In this document: positions 18,537-28,978 of the stretch, piece after piece
Layout: each line of letters begins with the position of its first letter
How positions within the stretch are numbered: position 1 is the stretch's first letter
Assembly (NCBI GenBank): GCA_021161675.1
Contig: JAGHAF010000077.1
Location: 7,404-71,403 of the forward strand
Length of the DNA: 64,000 bases
Reading direction: 5' to 3'
Origin: Planctomycetota bacterium
GTDB lineage: Bacteria; Planctomycetota; Brocadiia; SM23-32
Notes under the pieces: model-generated
The model's input: only the letters and a program-made list of their open reading frames with translations
Told to the model about the DNA's origin: nothing
The model's database searches: none
Position numbers and translations under genes: made by a program

Positions 18537-19178
18537 ATGAGTGAAGAAGACTTGCTCGAACAAGAGATAATGTCCGACGCCCAGAAACGGGTCGAACGGA
18601 CGATCAAACGCGCGCAAGCGCAAGCCGACGCCGTCCGGCAGGCCGCACGCGAGGAGGCTGAGGCGCATCGCGAAGCCATTATGGAAAAAGCCCGCGTGCG
18701 GGCGGAGGAGGAGGCCCGCTCCATCCAGGCCCGCACCGAGCAAGAGCTGGAAAAGGATCAACTCCGCGCCATCCAGGATGTGCTGGGGCATATCCGGGAC
18801 GAAGCGTGGCGTCGCATCGAACGGCTCCCCGGCGAGGAGCAATACGGAGGGGTGCTCGTGCGCCTGGCCCTAAGGGCCATCGAGAACATGCGTGGCGATA
18901 AGTTCCAGATACTGCTCAGCGAAGATGATCGCACCAGGTGGGGCGCGCGGCTCCCGGGCCAGATCGCGGACGCCGTAAAGAGAGAGCGCGGACGCGAGGT
19001 CGAAGTCGAACTGTCGGATGAGAAACTGGATGCCCGGGGCGGTCTGGTCGTACGGAGCGCCGACGGAAGGCAGCTCGCCGACCAGACGTTCCCACGTCGC
19101 CTGGAGCGCCTGTGGGACCAGTTGCGCGTGGAATTAGCGGGGATGCTGCCTGATTCCTGGGAGCGACACCATGAATGA
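18537..19178 (+). CDS. A/V-type ATPase subunit E
   Basis: N-terminal coiled coil, C-terminal GGLVVRSADGR...DQTF..RL. Confidence 0.85.
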   Translation: MSEEDLLEQEIMSDAQKRVERTIKRAQAQADAVRQAAREEAEAHREAIMEKARVRAEEEARSIQARTEQELEKDQLRAIQDVLGHIRDEAWRRIERLPGEEQYGGVLVRLALRAIENMRGDKFQILLSEDDRTRWGARLPGQIADAVKRERGREVEVELSDEKLDARGGLVVRSADGRQLADQTFPRRLERLWDQLRVELAGMLPDSWERHHE

Positions 19179-20931
19179 GATTGACCGGCAGGAAGGCGCC
19201 GTGATCCGCGTCAACGGGCCAATCATACACGCGGAGGGCATGGGCCACGTGGGCGCCTTCGAGGTGGTCAAAGTGGGCGCGGACGGCCTGATTGGCGAAG
19301 TGCTCAAGCTGGCGGGCGACGTGGCCACCATCCAGGTTTACGAATACACCGGCGGCCTAAAACCCGGAGACGTGGTAAAGGCCACGGGAAGCGCCCTGGC
19401 CGTGACTCTGGCGCCCGGACTTCTGGGCAACATCTTCGACGGATTGCAGCGCCCGTTGCGCGTCCTGGCCGAGCGGGACGACGCCTTCCTGCAAGTGGGC
19501 GCGCAGGCCGAGCCGCTCGACCCCGATAGACTGTGGCGCTTCGAACCGACCGTTAAGCCGGGAGAGGAACTCCACGAGGGCCAGCCCTTCGCTGTGGTGA
19601 AGGAGTCCCCCATTATTGATCACCGGCTCATGGCGCCACCCGGCATGAGCGGGACAGTGAGCGAGATCAAACCCGCCGGCGAGTATACGATCTCGCAGAC
19701 CCTCTGTGCGCTGGATACGCCGCAGGGGAAACGGCAGCTCACGATGGTCCAGCGCTGGCCGGTGCGCCGGCCACGCCCGAAGGCGGGTCGCAAGACCAGT
19801 AACGAAGTTCTCGTGACGGGCCAGAGGGTCATAGACACACTGTTCCCGGTGAGCAAGGGCGGGGTCGCCTGCCTGCCGGGCGATTTCGGCACGGGCAAAA
19901 CCGTGCTCCAGCAGCAGTTGGCCAAGTGGAGTGACGCAGACATTATCGTCTACGTGGGCTGCGGCGAACGCGGCAACGAGATGGCCGACGTGCTCAGAAC
20001 TTTCCCTGAGCTTGAAGACCCCAGGACCGGACGAGCCCTGATGGAGCGCACCATCCTGGTGGCCAACACTTCCAACATGCCGGTCGCCGCCCGTGAGGTA
20101 TCCATCTACACCGGCATCACGCTGGCGGAGTACTACCGTGACATGGGATATGCCGTGGCGCTGATGGCGGACTCGACCAGCCGCTGGGCGGAGGCGCTCC
20201 GGGAGGCCAGCAGCCGCCTTGAGGAGATGCCGGCGGAGCAGGGCTACCCGGCCTACCTGTCCGCCCGGTTGGCCCAGTTCTACGAGCGGGCGGGCCTGGT
20301 CCGGACCCTGGGCGGCGCCGAGGGCAGCCTGAGCGTGATCGGGGCCGTCAGCCCGCCGGGCGGCGACTTCAGCGAGCCGGTGACCCAGCATACGATGCGC
20401 TTCACCCGCTGCCTCTGGGCGCTGGAGCGCAGCCTGGCGCACGCCCGTCACTACCCCGCCGTGAGCTGGACGGACAGCTACAGCCAGTACCTGAGCGACG
20501 TGGCGCCGTGGTGGGAGAGCCACGATCCGGACTGGCTCAGCCAGAGGGGGGAGATAGTGGACCTGCTCTCGGAGGAAAGGAACCTTCAGGAGATCGTCAA
20601 GCTGGTCGGCCCGGACGTGCTGCCCGACGCTCAGCGACTCACGCTCCTGGTGGCGGACCTGTTCAAGACGGGCTTTCTCCAGCAAGACGCCACGGACCCC
20701 GTTGACACGTTCTGTGTGCCTGGCAAACAGGTCAAACTCCTGCGGGCGTTCGTCATGTTCTATCGCCGGGCCAGCGCCATCATCCAACGGGGCGCGCCCA
20801 TCAGCCGGGTGCGCGAGATGGACGTGACTCAGCGGCTCCGACGCGCCAAGATGCTCGAAGAGAAGGAGCTGGACAATCTGCTCGCAGAACTGGAAGCGCG
20901 GATGGATAAACTGGAGCAACAGTACACATGA
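19171..20931 (+). CDS. A/V-type ATPase catalytic subunit A
   Basis: WPVRRPRP, Walker [41 protein letters not shown]. Confidence 0.97.
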   Translation: MNEIDRQEGAVIRVNGPIIHAEGMGHVGAFEVVKVGADGLIGEVLKLAGDVATIQVYEYTGGLKPGDVVKATGSALAVTLAPGLLGNIFDGLQRPLRVLAERDDAFLQVGAQAEPLDPDRLWRFEPTVKPGEELHEGQPFAVVKESPIIDHRLMAPPGMSGTVSEIKPAGEYTISQTLCALDTPQGKRQLTMVQRWPVRRPRPKAGRKTSNEVLVTGQRVIDTLFPVSKGGVACLPGDFGTGKTVLQQQLAKWSDADIIVYVGCGERGNEMADVLRTFPELEDPRTGRALMERTILVANTSNMPVAAREVSIYTGITLAEYYRDMGYAVALMADSTSRWAEALREASSRLEEMPAEQGYPAYLSARLAQFYERAGLVRTLGGAEGSLSVIGAVSPPGGDFSEPVTQHTMRFTRCLWALERSLAHARHYPAVSWTDSYSQYLSDVAPWWESHDPDWLSQRGEIVDLLSEERNLQEIVKLVGPDVLPDAQRLTLLVADLFKTGFLQQDATDPVDTFCVPGKQVKLLRAFVMFYRRASAIIQRGAPISRVREMDVTQRLRRAKMLEEKELDNLLAELEARMDKLEQQYT

Positions 20932-22319
20932 TTCGCGACAATCCAGTCCAATACGTGGGCGTTGATAGGATAGATGAGCCTCTGATTTACCTGTCAGGCG
21001 TGCGGGACGTCGGCTACGACGAGACCGTCCAGGTCGCCGATCAACAGGGGAGCTACCGCCCCGGCACAGTGCTGGAGGTGGGCCGGAACCGGGCGGTGGT
21101 GCAGGTGCTGGGCGGCACGACCGGGCTTTCCACCTCGCAGACGCGGGTCCGATTCGAGGGCGCCCCCTTCAGCGTCCGCGTGACTGAAGACATGCTCGGC
21201 AGGGCCTTCGACGGGCTGGGGCGGCCAATTGACGGCGGGCCGAGCCCCATCGGCGGCGAAGAGCGCGCGGTCAGCGGCGTGCCCATCAACCCCGCCGCCC
21301 GGGCCTATCCGACCGATTTCATTCACACGGGCGTCAGCATAATCGACGGCTCCAACAGCCTGATCCGCGGGCAGAAACTGCCCATCTTCAGCGGCAACGG
21401 CCTACCGCATCAGCAGCTGACCGCCCAGATCGTCCGGCAGGCCACCATCGCCGAGGCGGAATCCTTCGCGGTTGTGCTGGCGGGCATGGGCATAAAGAAC
21501 GACGAGGCCGATTACTTCCGCCACAGCTTCGAGGACGCCGGCGCCCTCGGCAAGGTGGCCCTGTTCCTCAGCCCCGCAGACGCGCCGAGCGTCGAGAGAA
21601 TCCTCACCCCGCAGGTCGCACTGACGCTGGCTGAATACCTGGCCTTCGAGAGGGATATGCACGTCCTGGTCCTGCTGACGGACATGACCAACTACTGCGA
21701 CGCGCTGCGCGAAATCAGCAGCGCGCGTGACGAGATACCGGCCCGCAAGGGCTACCCGGGACACCTCTACAGCGATCTGGCCGCGATTTACGAGCGCGCG
21801 GGCCGCATCAAGGGCGCCGAGGGCTCGATCACGCAGATACCCATCCTGACCATGCCGTCCGACGACATAAGCCATCCCGTGCCGGACCTGACCGGCTACA
21901 TCACCGAGGGGCAGATAGTGAGCGAGCGAGGTCTGTTCCTGAAGGGCATTTACCCCCCCATTGACGCCCTGGGCAGCCTGTCGCGCCTGATGAAGGACGG
22001 CGTGGGAAAGGGCTTCACCCGGGATGACCACATCGCCGTCTCAAACCAGCTCTACGCGGCCTACAGCCGGGTGGAGGACGTGCGCGGGCTCGCCTCCGTC
22101 ATTGGCGAAGACGAACTGTCCCCGGCGGATCGGCAATTCCTCGAGTTCGGGGATGCCTTCGAGAGGCAATACCTCGCCCAGGGAGAAAACGAAAACCGAA
22201 CGATCGAGCAGACGCTGGATACGGCCTGGAAGGTGATCAGCATTCTACCCCGAAGCGAGCTGGTTCGACTCAACGACCAGATGTTGGACCAGCATTACAG
22301 CCGTCAGGAGCAGGACTGA
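20928..22319 (+). CDS. A/V-type ATPase subunit B
   Basis: [43 protein letters not shown]. Confidence 0.97.
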   Translation: MIRDNPVQYVGVDRIDEPLIYLSGVRDVGYDETVQVADQQGSYRPGTVLEVGRNRAVVQVLGGTTGLSTSQTRVRFEGAPFSVRVTEDMLGRAFDGLGRPIDGGPSPIGGEERAVSGVPINPAARAYPTDFIHTGVSIIDGSNSLIRGQKLPIFSGNGLPHQQLTAQIVRQATIAEAESFAVVLAGMGIKNDEADYFRHSFEDAGALGKVALFLSPADAPSVERILTPQVALTLAEYLAFERDMHVLVLLTDMTNYCDALREISSARDEIPARKGYPGHLYSDLAAIYERAGRIKGAEGSITQIPILTMPSDDISHPVPDLTGYITEGQIVSERGLFLKGIYPPIDALGSLSRLMKDGVGKGFTRDDHIAVSNQLYAAYSRVEDVRGLASVIGEDELSPADRQFLEFGDAFERQYLAQGENENRTIEQTLDTAWKVISILPRSELVRLNDQMLDQHYSRQEQD

Positions 22320-22981
22320 TGCCGGAGATGAACTACACGCCCACGCAAAGGAACTACCTTGAGATCCAGCGTACGCTCAAGCGCGTTCAACAGGGCCACG
22401 ATCTACTGGAGAAGAAGCGTCAGATACTGGTGAGCGAACTGATGACCAGGGTGGAAGCCGCGCGGCGTATCAAAGAGCAGGTCAACGAAGCCATGCAGAA
22501 GGCTTACCGGGCGGAGCGCCGAGCCGCCGCCCGCTGCGGCCTGAGCGAAATGGCGCGGCTCAGCTTCGCGGCGCGAACGGAACCGTCCCTGAGCGTGACC
22601 TCGCACTCCGTCATGGGCGTTCCCGTCCCGCGCATCGACTGCAAGCCTCAGAAAATCTCCCTCCAGTTCGGGCTGATGGCCGGGGCAAGCCACGTGGACC
22701 AGGTGATGGAGCGATTCCTGGAAGCGGCGCCCCTGGTGGCCGAACTGGCCGAGGTGGATAACGCCGTCTTCCGGCTGGCCCGCGAGGTGCAGCGCACGCG
22801 GCGGCGCGTCAACGCCCTTGAAAAGAGCTATATACCGCAGTATAAGAAAGTCCTGAAGTACATCGAAGAGGCGCTCGCAGAGCGCCGCAGGGAGGAGTTC
22901 ATCGTCCTGCGGAAGGTAAAGTCCAAGCGGCAGGCTCTGATGTCCGGCAAACCCGGGAAGGCCTCCTTCAGCGCGCGGTAG
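22319..22981 (+). CDS. A/V-type ATPase subunit D
   Basis: PT..N...GHDLLEKKR, SVMGVPVP, TRRRVNALE. Confidence 0.94.
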   Translation: MPEMNYTPTQRNYLEIQRTLKRVQQGHDLLEKKRQILVSELMTRVEAARRIKEQVNEAMQKAYRAERRAAARCGLSEMARLSFAARTEPSLSVTSHSVMGVPVPRIDCKPQKISLQFGLMAGASHVDQVMERFLEAAPLVAELAEVDNAVFRLAREVQRTRRRVNALEKSYIPQYKKVLKYIEEALAERRREEFIVLRKVKSKRQALMSGKPGKASFSAR

Positions 22982-22984
22982 AAA

Positions 22985-23437
22985 ATGGCCAGACAGACGT
23001 ACTCCACAATTCTGCTCTTCACGGAGGGCAGTGAGGCGGGCATGAAAGCGGCCCGCAACGCCATCAGCCTGGCCGCGGACGAGGGGGCCACCCTCATCTG
23101 CGCCGGCATCGTAGACACCAACATGCTCAAGCAACTGCTTCAATACCACATCTTCGTCGAAGAAGAGATGGAGGAATACGACCAGGAACTCGAAGCCTCC
23201 TGCCGCAAACAGCTCCACTACGTCACCGAGCTTGCGGAGCAGACCAACGTGACCTGCCGCACCGTGCTGCTGCGGGGCGCCTGCCACAGCGCGCTGCTGC
23301 GCCAGCAGCGCGAGAGCAACGCCGACCTGCTGGTGATGGGCGCGTTCCGGGCCAGCACCACGCGGCGAGACCTGCTCGCCCATGAGAAACAGCTCGTAAT
23401 CGACGAAGTCCCCTGCCACGTCCTGCTGGTGCGCTGA
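22985..23437 (+). CDS. Universal stress protein (UspA family)
   Basis: ILLFTEGSE, ADLLVMG, VPCHVLLVR. Confidence 0.85.
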   Translation: MARQTYSTILLFTEGSEAGMKAARNAISLAADEGATLICAGIVDTNMLKQLLQYHIFVEEEMEEYDQELEASCRKQLHYVTELAEQTNVTCRTVLLRGACHSALLRQQRESNADLLVMGAFRASTTRRDLLAHEKQLVIDEVPCHVLLVR

Positions 23438-23467
23438 CGCGACTCCTCCACTCTGGAGTGATTGACC

Positions 23468-23983
23468 ATGAAAGACGAAGGACTGGAACTGTTGATGACC
23501 AGGCGCAGCATTCGTAACTACACGGATGGGCCCGTCACGGACGACGAAGTCCGCCAGATGCTCGACGCCGCAATGGCCGCTCCATCCGCAGGCAACCAGC
23601 AGCCGTGGCATTTCGTGGTGATCCGCGACCGCCAGATTATGGGCCGCATCATGGAGGCGCACCCATATTCGCAGATGCTCTCGGGCGCGCAGGTATGCGT
23701 CGCGGTGCTGGCGGAGCTCGCCCTGGAGAGACACAAAGGCTACTGGGTCCAGGACTGCTCCGCGGCCACGCAGAACCTGCTGCTCGCCGCGCACGCGCTC
23801 GGCCTGGGCGCCGTCTGGCTTGGCGTCTACCCGACGGGCGATCGCGAAAGAGACATCAAGGATATCCTGGGCCTGCCGGAAGGGGTCCGTTGTCTCTGCC
23901 TGGTTTCCATCGGCCGCCCGGCCCGTCCCTCCGGCCGGGCGGATCGCTACGATGAGAGCCGCGTCCACCAGGAAAAGTGGTAG
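23468..23983 (+). CDS. Nitroreductase family protein
   Basis: RRSIRNY, APSAGNQQPWHF, QNLLLAAHALGLGAVW. Confidence 0.93.
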   Translation: MKDEGLELLMTRRSIRNYTDGPVTDDEVRQMLDAAMAAPSAGNQQPWHFVVIRDRQIMGRIMEAHPYSQMLSGAQVCVAVLAELALERHKGYWVQDCSAATQNLLLAAHALGLGAVWLGVYPTGDRERDIKDILGLPEGVRCLCLVSIGRPARPSGRADRYDESRVHQEKW

Positions 23984-23986
23984 GGC

Positions 23987-24298
23987 TCAGAGAGCGATCA
24001 CCAGGACAACGACGAGAAGGAGCGCCATAAGCGCAATGGCCAGCGCCCAGACGGCCAGCCCCCCACCCCCGGCGGCGTCCCGGCCGAACTCCCGGCGAAT
24101 GAAGTCCTCGTAGTCGAACTCGTCGTCTTTGCTGTAGCCGGTGGGAATCCCGGCGCCCCACTTGCCGGCGTCCTCCGCCCAGCCGGTCAGTTCGTCGGAA
24201 CCGCACTGCGGGCACACGCGGGCGTCCCAGGCCACCTCCGCCCCACAGTGTGGGCAGATGAAATAATCGTCGTCCGGCTCCCGGCCTCTGGGGCCCAT
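23987..24298 (-). CDS. Zinc-ribbon protein with C-terminal membrane anchor
   Basis: CPHCG...CPQCG, acidic linker, hydrophobic C-terminus. Confidence 0.75.
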   Translation of the reverse strand: MGPRGREPDDDYFICPHCGAEVAWDARVCPQCGSDELTGWAEDAGKWGAGIPTGYSKDDEFDYEDFIRREFGRDAAGGGGLAVWALAIALMALLLVVVLVIAL

Positions 24299-24415
24299 AG
24301 CTCTTCCCGCAGATAATTCAGCCGCGCCAATCACGCTGTTCCATCATAACTACGCGGCCACGGCGCCGCAACAGGTAAATCCGAACTTGAAGCGTCTCGG
24401 ATTGCCCCCGTCGCC

Positions 24416-24444
24416 TTGACAGGATGAGCCCGCCGGGATATAGT
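24416..24444 (+). promoter_or_regulatory. sigma70-type promoter for gap operon
   Basis: TTGACA-17 bp-TATAGT. Confidence 0.75.
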
Positions 24445-24588
24445 TAAGCGAGCCATGGGGGTCGCACTCGCCGTGGCTTTCCATAACACAAATCACGGGC
24501 GGCTGCGCCGGCCCCCGGGTTTGCTTTGTTTCTCGATAGTCCGCATTGTCGCACTGTTCGCTTCTGTTACAGGAGGATGTAAGTTCAC

Positions 24589-25602
24589 ATGCCTATTACC
24601 GTCGGTATTAACGGATTTGGAAGGATAGGACGTCTGGTGTTTCGGGCCTTGATGGAACGGGACAACTTTGAGGTGAAGGCGGTCAACGACCTGGCCGACG
24701 CCGAGGACCTGGCCTACCTCTTGAGACACGACACCGTCCACGGAGCTTATCCCGGCGAGGTCCAAGTCGATGGGGACACTCTCGTAGTGGACGGCGCCCG
24801 GGTGCCCGTGCTCAGCGAGCGGGACCCCGCAAAGCTGCCCTGGGCCGAGATGGGCGTTTACTTCGCGGTCGAGTCCACCGGCATCTTCCGCTCCCGCAGC
24901 GGCGAGCGAGGCGGCTACGGCGACCACCTCAAAGCCGGCGCCCGGAAAGTCCTGCTCACCGTGCCCGCCAAAGACGAGGTGGACGCGACCATCGTCCTGG
25001 GCGTCAACGACGAGATGCTCAGCCCCGACGACACCTGCATCTCGAACGCCTCCTGCACCACCAATTGCCTCGGGCCGGTGGCCAAGGTGCTAAACGATAA
25101 CTTCTCGATCATCTGCGGGACAATGACGACCGTGCACGGCTACACCGGCGACCAGAGACCCGTGGACCAGATCCACAAGAATCCCGCCCGCGGACGCGCC
25201 GCCGCAGCCAACATCATCCCCACCTCCACCGGCGCGGCAAAGGCCATCGGCAAGGCCATCCCGGCGCTCGCGGGCATCATGGACGGCATGGCTCTGCGCG
25301 TGCCGGTGCCCGACGGCTCCGTGGTGGACCTAGTGGCGGAGTGCGAAAGGGACGCCACCGTCGAGGCCGTCAACGCCGCCATGAAAGAGGCCGCCGAGGG
25401 CGAGCTGAAGGGCATAATGAAATACAGCGACGAGCCGCTCGTCAGCAGCGACTGCGTGGGCGACCCGCACAGCGCCATCTTCTGCGCCGTCAACACCATA
25501 GTGGTCAGTAAGAAGTTGGTGAAGGTAATCGCCCTCTACGACAACGAATGGGGCTACTCCAACCGCGTCGTGGACCTTATGGACAAGGCCGCCGCCCTGT
25601 AG
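24589..25602 (+). CDS. gap: Glyceraldehyde-3-phosphate dehydrogenase, type I
   Basis: INGFGRIGR, SNASCTTNCL, YDNEWGYSNR. Confidence 0.98.
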   Translation: MPITVGINGFGRIGRLVFRALMERDNFEVKAVNDLADAEDLAYLLRHDTVHGAYPGEVQVDGDTLVVDGARVPVLSERDPAKLPWAEMGVYFAVESTGIFRSRSGERGGYGDHLKAGARKVLLTVPAKDEVDATIVLGVNDEMLSPDDTCISNASCTTNCLGPVAKVLNDNFSIICGTMTTVHGYTGDQRPVDQIHKNPARGRAAAANIIPTSTGAAKAIGKAIPALAGIMDGMALRVPVPDGSVVDLVAECERDATVEAVNAAMKEAAEGELKGIMKYSDEPLVSSDCVGDPHSAIFCAVNTIVVSKKLVKVIALYDNEWGYSNRVVDLMDKAAAL

Positions 25603-25721
25603 GCGAGTCGCCTCACACCGGCGCGCAGAGCTGGACCGGGGCGCTCCCTTCAAGGGGGGAAGCGCCCCGCTTCTTCAGTCCGTAGCGAGGCGCCAGCCCG
25701 GCGAAACCTTAGAGGAAAACA

Positions 25722-26891
25722 ATGAAGACCATCCGTGACCTGGCCGAGCAGTTGCGCGGCAAGAACGTGCTGATGCGCGTGGATTTCAACCTCCCGCTCG
25801 ACAAGAAGACGGGCGAGATAACCAATGACCTGCGCATTCGCAGGGCGATGCCCACCATCGAACTGGCCCGCGAGCGCGGCGCCAGGGTGATCCTGCTCAG
25901 CCACCTGGGCAGGCCCAAGGGGGAACGCGTCCCCCGGCTCAGCCTCCGGAAAGTGGCCGTGCGCCTGGGAGAGTTGATCGGCGCCGAAGTGGGCTTCGTC
26001 CCCGACTGCATCGGCCCACAGGTCAGCGAAGCCGTCCGGAAGATGCAAGACGGCGACCTGCTCATGCTGGAGAACACCCGCTTCCACCCCGGCGAGAAGG
26101 CGAACGATCCAGACTTCGCCCGGCAGCTCGCGCGGCCCGCCGACATCTTCATCAACGACGCTTTCGGCACGGCTCACCGCGCAGACGCCTCCACCGTAGG
26201 GGTGGCCGACTACCTGCCCGCCGCCGCCGGGCTGCTCATCGAGAAGGAGGTCAATTACCTGTCCCGCGCCACCAGCGCTTCGGAGCATCCCTACGTGGCG
26301 ATCATGGGCGGCGCAAAAGTCTCCGACAAGATCGAGGTCATCCGCAACCTGCTCGACAAGGTGGACGTCCTCCTGATCGGCGGCGCCATGGCCTATACCT
26401 TCCTGAAACAACAGGGTGTCGGCGTCGGCGCCTCCCTGGTGGAGGATGACCGGCTGGACGTGGCGGCCCGGCTGCTCCGGCAGGCCGACGGCAAGATCAT
26501 CCTCCCCGTGGATCACGTCTGCGGAAAGGAAATCGCCCCCGATACGCAGGCGAAAACCTTCCAGGACGAAATCCCCGACGGCTGGATCGGACTTGACATT
26601 GGCCCGCGGACGGCCGCATCCTACGCGGAAAGAATCCGAAACGCGGCCCTCGTGACCTGGAACGGCCCGGTGGGATACTTCGAGATCGAGAAGTTCTCCG
26701 AAGGGACCAGGGCGATCGCCCGGGCCATGGCCGGCTCCTCCGCCGACACCATCATCGGCGGCGGCGAGACCGCCGAGGCGGTTGAGGCGCTGGGCCTGGA
26801 CGGGCGGATGTCCCACGTCTCGACGGGCGGCGGCGCCTGCCTCAGCTTCCTGGGCGGCGAAGAGCTGCCCGGCATCGCGGCGTTAGAATAG
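25722..26891 (+). CDS. pgk: Phosphoglycerate kinase
   Basis: RVDFNLP, SHLGRP, NDAFGTAHR, GGAKVSDK, HVSTGGGA. Confidence 0.98.
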   Translation: MKTIRDLAEQLRGKNVLMRVDFNLPLDKKTGEITNDLRIRRAMPTIELARERGARVILLSHLGRPKGERVPRLSLRKVAVRLGELIGAEVGFVPDCIGPQVSEAVRKMQDGDLLMLENTRFHPGEKANDPDFARQLARPADIFINDAFGTAHRADASTVGVADYLPAAAGLLIEKEVNYLSRATSASEHPYVAIMGGAKVSDKIEVIRNLLDKVDVLLIGGAMAYTFLKQQGVGVGASLVEDDRLDVAARLLRQADGKIILPVDHVCGKEIAPDTQAKTFQDEIPDGWIGLDIGPRTAASYAERIRNAALVTWNGPVGYFEIEKFSEGTRAIARAMAGSSADTIIGGGETAEAVEALGLDGRMSHVSTGGGACLSFLGGEELPGIAALE

Positions 26892-26901
26892 GTGACACCC
26901 G

Positions 26902-27579
26902 ATGGGGATCAAGATCGCGCCCTGCGTCCTGGACGCCGACCTGACTCGCCTCCGTGAGTCCATAGCCGAAGTCGAGGAGGCCGGAGCCGACGTTCTGCAC
27001 GTGGACGCGGCGGATGGGCACTTCGCGGCCAATCTGATGGCCGGCCTCTCATTGACGCGGGCCATCGCCGAGTGCGCCACCGTTCCGGTGGGCGTGCATC
27101 TGATGATAACTGACCCTCTGCGCTACGCCCCCGCCTACGTTGACGCCGGCGCGCAGGTGGTGATCTTCCACGCAGAGACTGTGGACGACCTGCCGGACGC
27201 AGTCAACCAGATAAAGACCTCGGGCGTCCGGGTGGGAGTCGCTCTGAATCCCGACACGCCGCCGCAGGTCCTGGCGCCCGTTGTGGGGCGGCTCGACTGC
27301 GTGGTGGTCATGACCGTAGAGCCCGGGTTCAGCGGACAGGGATTCATAGAAAAGCCCTGTCGCAAAATCCCCGTATTGCGCCGGACCTTCGGATCGGGTA
27401 TAGATATCTACGTGGACGGCGGCGTCGGCCCGGAGACGGCGCCGATCGTCGTCGGTTACGGAGCGAACGTGCTTGCGGCGGCGTCGGCTATCTTCCGCGC
27501 GGACCAGCCCCCGGGGAAAGCTCTTCGGCGGCTCAGGCGGGCCGCCGAAAGAGGAATTATGAAGAGTTCCGACACTTAA
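26902..27579 (+). CDS. rpe: Ribulose-phosphate 3-epimerase family
   Basis: LHVDAADGHF..N, VHLM, MTVEPGFSGQ, VDGGV. Confidence 0.88.
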   Translation: MGIKIAPCVLDADLTRLRESIAEVEEAGADVLHVDAADGHFAANLMAGLSLTRAIAECATVPVGVHLMITDPLRYAPAYVDAGAQVVIFHAETVDDLPDAVNQIKTSGVRVGVALNPDTPPQVLAPVVGRLDCVVVMTVEPGFSGQGFIEKPCRKIPVLRRTFGSGIDIYVDGGVGPETAPIVVGYGANVLAAASAIFRADQPPGKALRRLRRAAERGIMKSSDT

Positions 27580-27597
27580 CTCTATGACGAATGCGAC

Positions 27598-28410
27598 ATG
27601 CTGCGAGCCGGAAGAAAGAAAAAGGATATGCCCAGCGGCCTCTTCGTTAAGTGCGGCGGCTGCGGCGAGATGGTCTATTGGAAGAGCGCCGAGCAACTGC
27701 TCCAGATATGCCCCGAATGCGGCTATCATTTCCGTATCAACGCCTGGGAGCGCATCGGCCTGCACACCGATGAGGGGTCATTCGAGGAAGTGGACGCGCA
27801 GCTCACCTCCTGCGATCCGCTGAACTTCGTGGCGAACAAGGCCTACAGCGACGCGCTGGAGAGTGACCGGGAGAAGACGGGGCTGAACGAGGCGATAGTC
27901 TGCGGGACGTGCCGCATAGAGGGTCGCCCGGCCGCTTTCGCTGCGATGGACTTCCGCTTCCGTGGGGCGAGCATGGGAAGTGCGGTGGGGGAGAAGTTCG
28001 TCCGCCTTGTGGAACTGGCCATGGAGCAAGAGCTTCCCCTTGTCACCATAGCGGCATCGGGCGGGGCTCGAATGCAGGAAAGCGCGCTGTCCCTGATGCA
28101 GATGGCGAAGACCTGCGCCGCCCTTCACCGGCTCAGCGGGCGCGGACTTCCATACATCAGCGTCTTGACACATCCCACCACCGGGGGAGTGACGGCCAGT
28201 TGGGCTTCCGTGGGGGACGTGATACTGGCCGAGCCCGGGGCGCTGATCGGCTTTGCGGGCCGTCGCGTCATCGAGCAGACCATCAACCATGAACTGCCAC
28301 CGGATTTCCAAACGGCGGAGTTTCTGCTGGATCACGGGTTCCTCGACATGATCGTCAAGCGCGGGGAGATCAAATCCACCCTCGCCAGGCTGATTGACTA
28401 CCTGAGCTGA
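27598..28410 (+). CDS. accD: Acetyl-CoA carboxylase carboxyltransferase beta subunit
   Basis: CxxC...CPEC zinc finger, GASMGSAVGEK, SGGARMQE, PTTGGVTAS, IGFAGRRVI. Confidence 0.95.
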   Translation: MLRAGRKKKDMPSGLFVKCGGCGEMVYWKSAEQLLQICPECGYHFRINAWERIGLHTDEGSFEEVDAQLTSCDPLNFVANKAYSDALESDREKTGLNEAIVCGTCRIEGRPAAFAAMDFRFRGASMGSAVGEKFVRLVELAMEQELPLVTIAASGGARMQESALSLMQMAKTCAALHRLSGRGLPYISVLTHPTTGGVTASWASVGDVILAEPGALIGFAGRRVIEQTINHELPPDFQTAEFLLDHGFLDMIVKRGEIKSTLARLIDYLS

Positions 28411-28440
28411 GCCATCTGGGATTGCTGCGTCGGGGGTTTC

Positions 28441-28902
28441 CACCACTGAGGCACGGAGAACACGGAGAAGGACAAAGAATAAACCGCAACGACACGACGG
28501 ACACGGCGTTAGCCCGGATATTTAACGAGCATTTTCCGGATTCGTCTGCAACTCTTTACAGGGAAAGGAGTTCCGCCTCGAAAGGCACGCGATGAAAAAT
28601 GACACGCTGTTGGCGCCCGGCGAGGCGATTTTGCTCTCAGGCAAGCCCGCACAAGCTAGCTTGCGCAGGCGTGCCCATAGGCGCGTCGAGGATAGGCGAG
28701 TGCGCAGGGCGCAGCATGGGGGTAAGAGCGCCCGCTGGACGGGAAAGGCTCGTGAAATATCCGGGTTAGGAACGGAAAGCGCAGAATCGCGAATTCTGAC
28801 GTCGGCGTAATCTGTGGATGACTTCCCCTGAACCTTTTTTTCGTTTCCCCTTCATCCTTTTGCCTTCTTCCTTTGCTCCGTGCCCTCTGTGTCTGCATGG
28901 TG
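28441..28902. repeat. Inverted-repeat cassette with CACGGAG-type 9-mer arms
   Basis: CACCACTGAGGCACGGAGAACACGGAG (28441-28467) versus its imperfect complement at 28876-28902. Confidence 0.65.
28513..28765. mobile_element. Non-autonomous miniature IS (MITE), possibly IS1380-related
   Basis: 18-bp terminal inverted repeats CCCGGATATTT(A/C)ACGAGC (17/18 match) flanked by direct repeat TTAG (28509-12, 28766-69); no transposase. Confidence 0.75.
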
Positions 28903-28978
28903 AGAGGCGCGTGACGGGTTATCCGCAGTGGCAGGACATTCCCCCCGTTACCGCTAAGTCTGGAGGCGCAAGACAGGC

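Noticed and set aside
28592-28810. 72-aa ORF as a transposase
   Set aside because: No DDE or HTH motif; it runs through the MITE end
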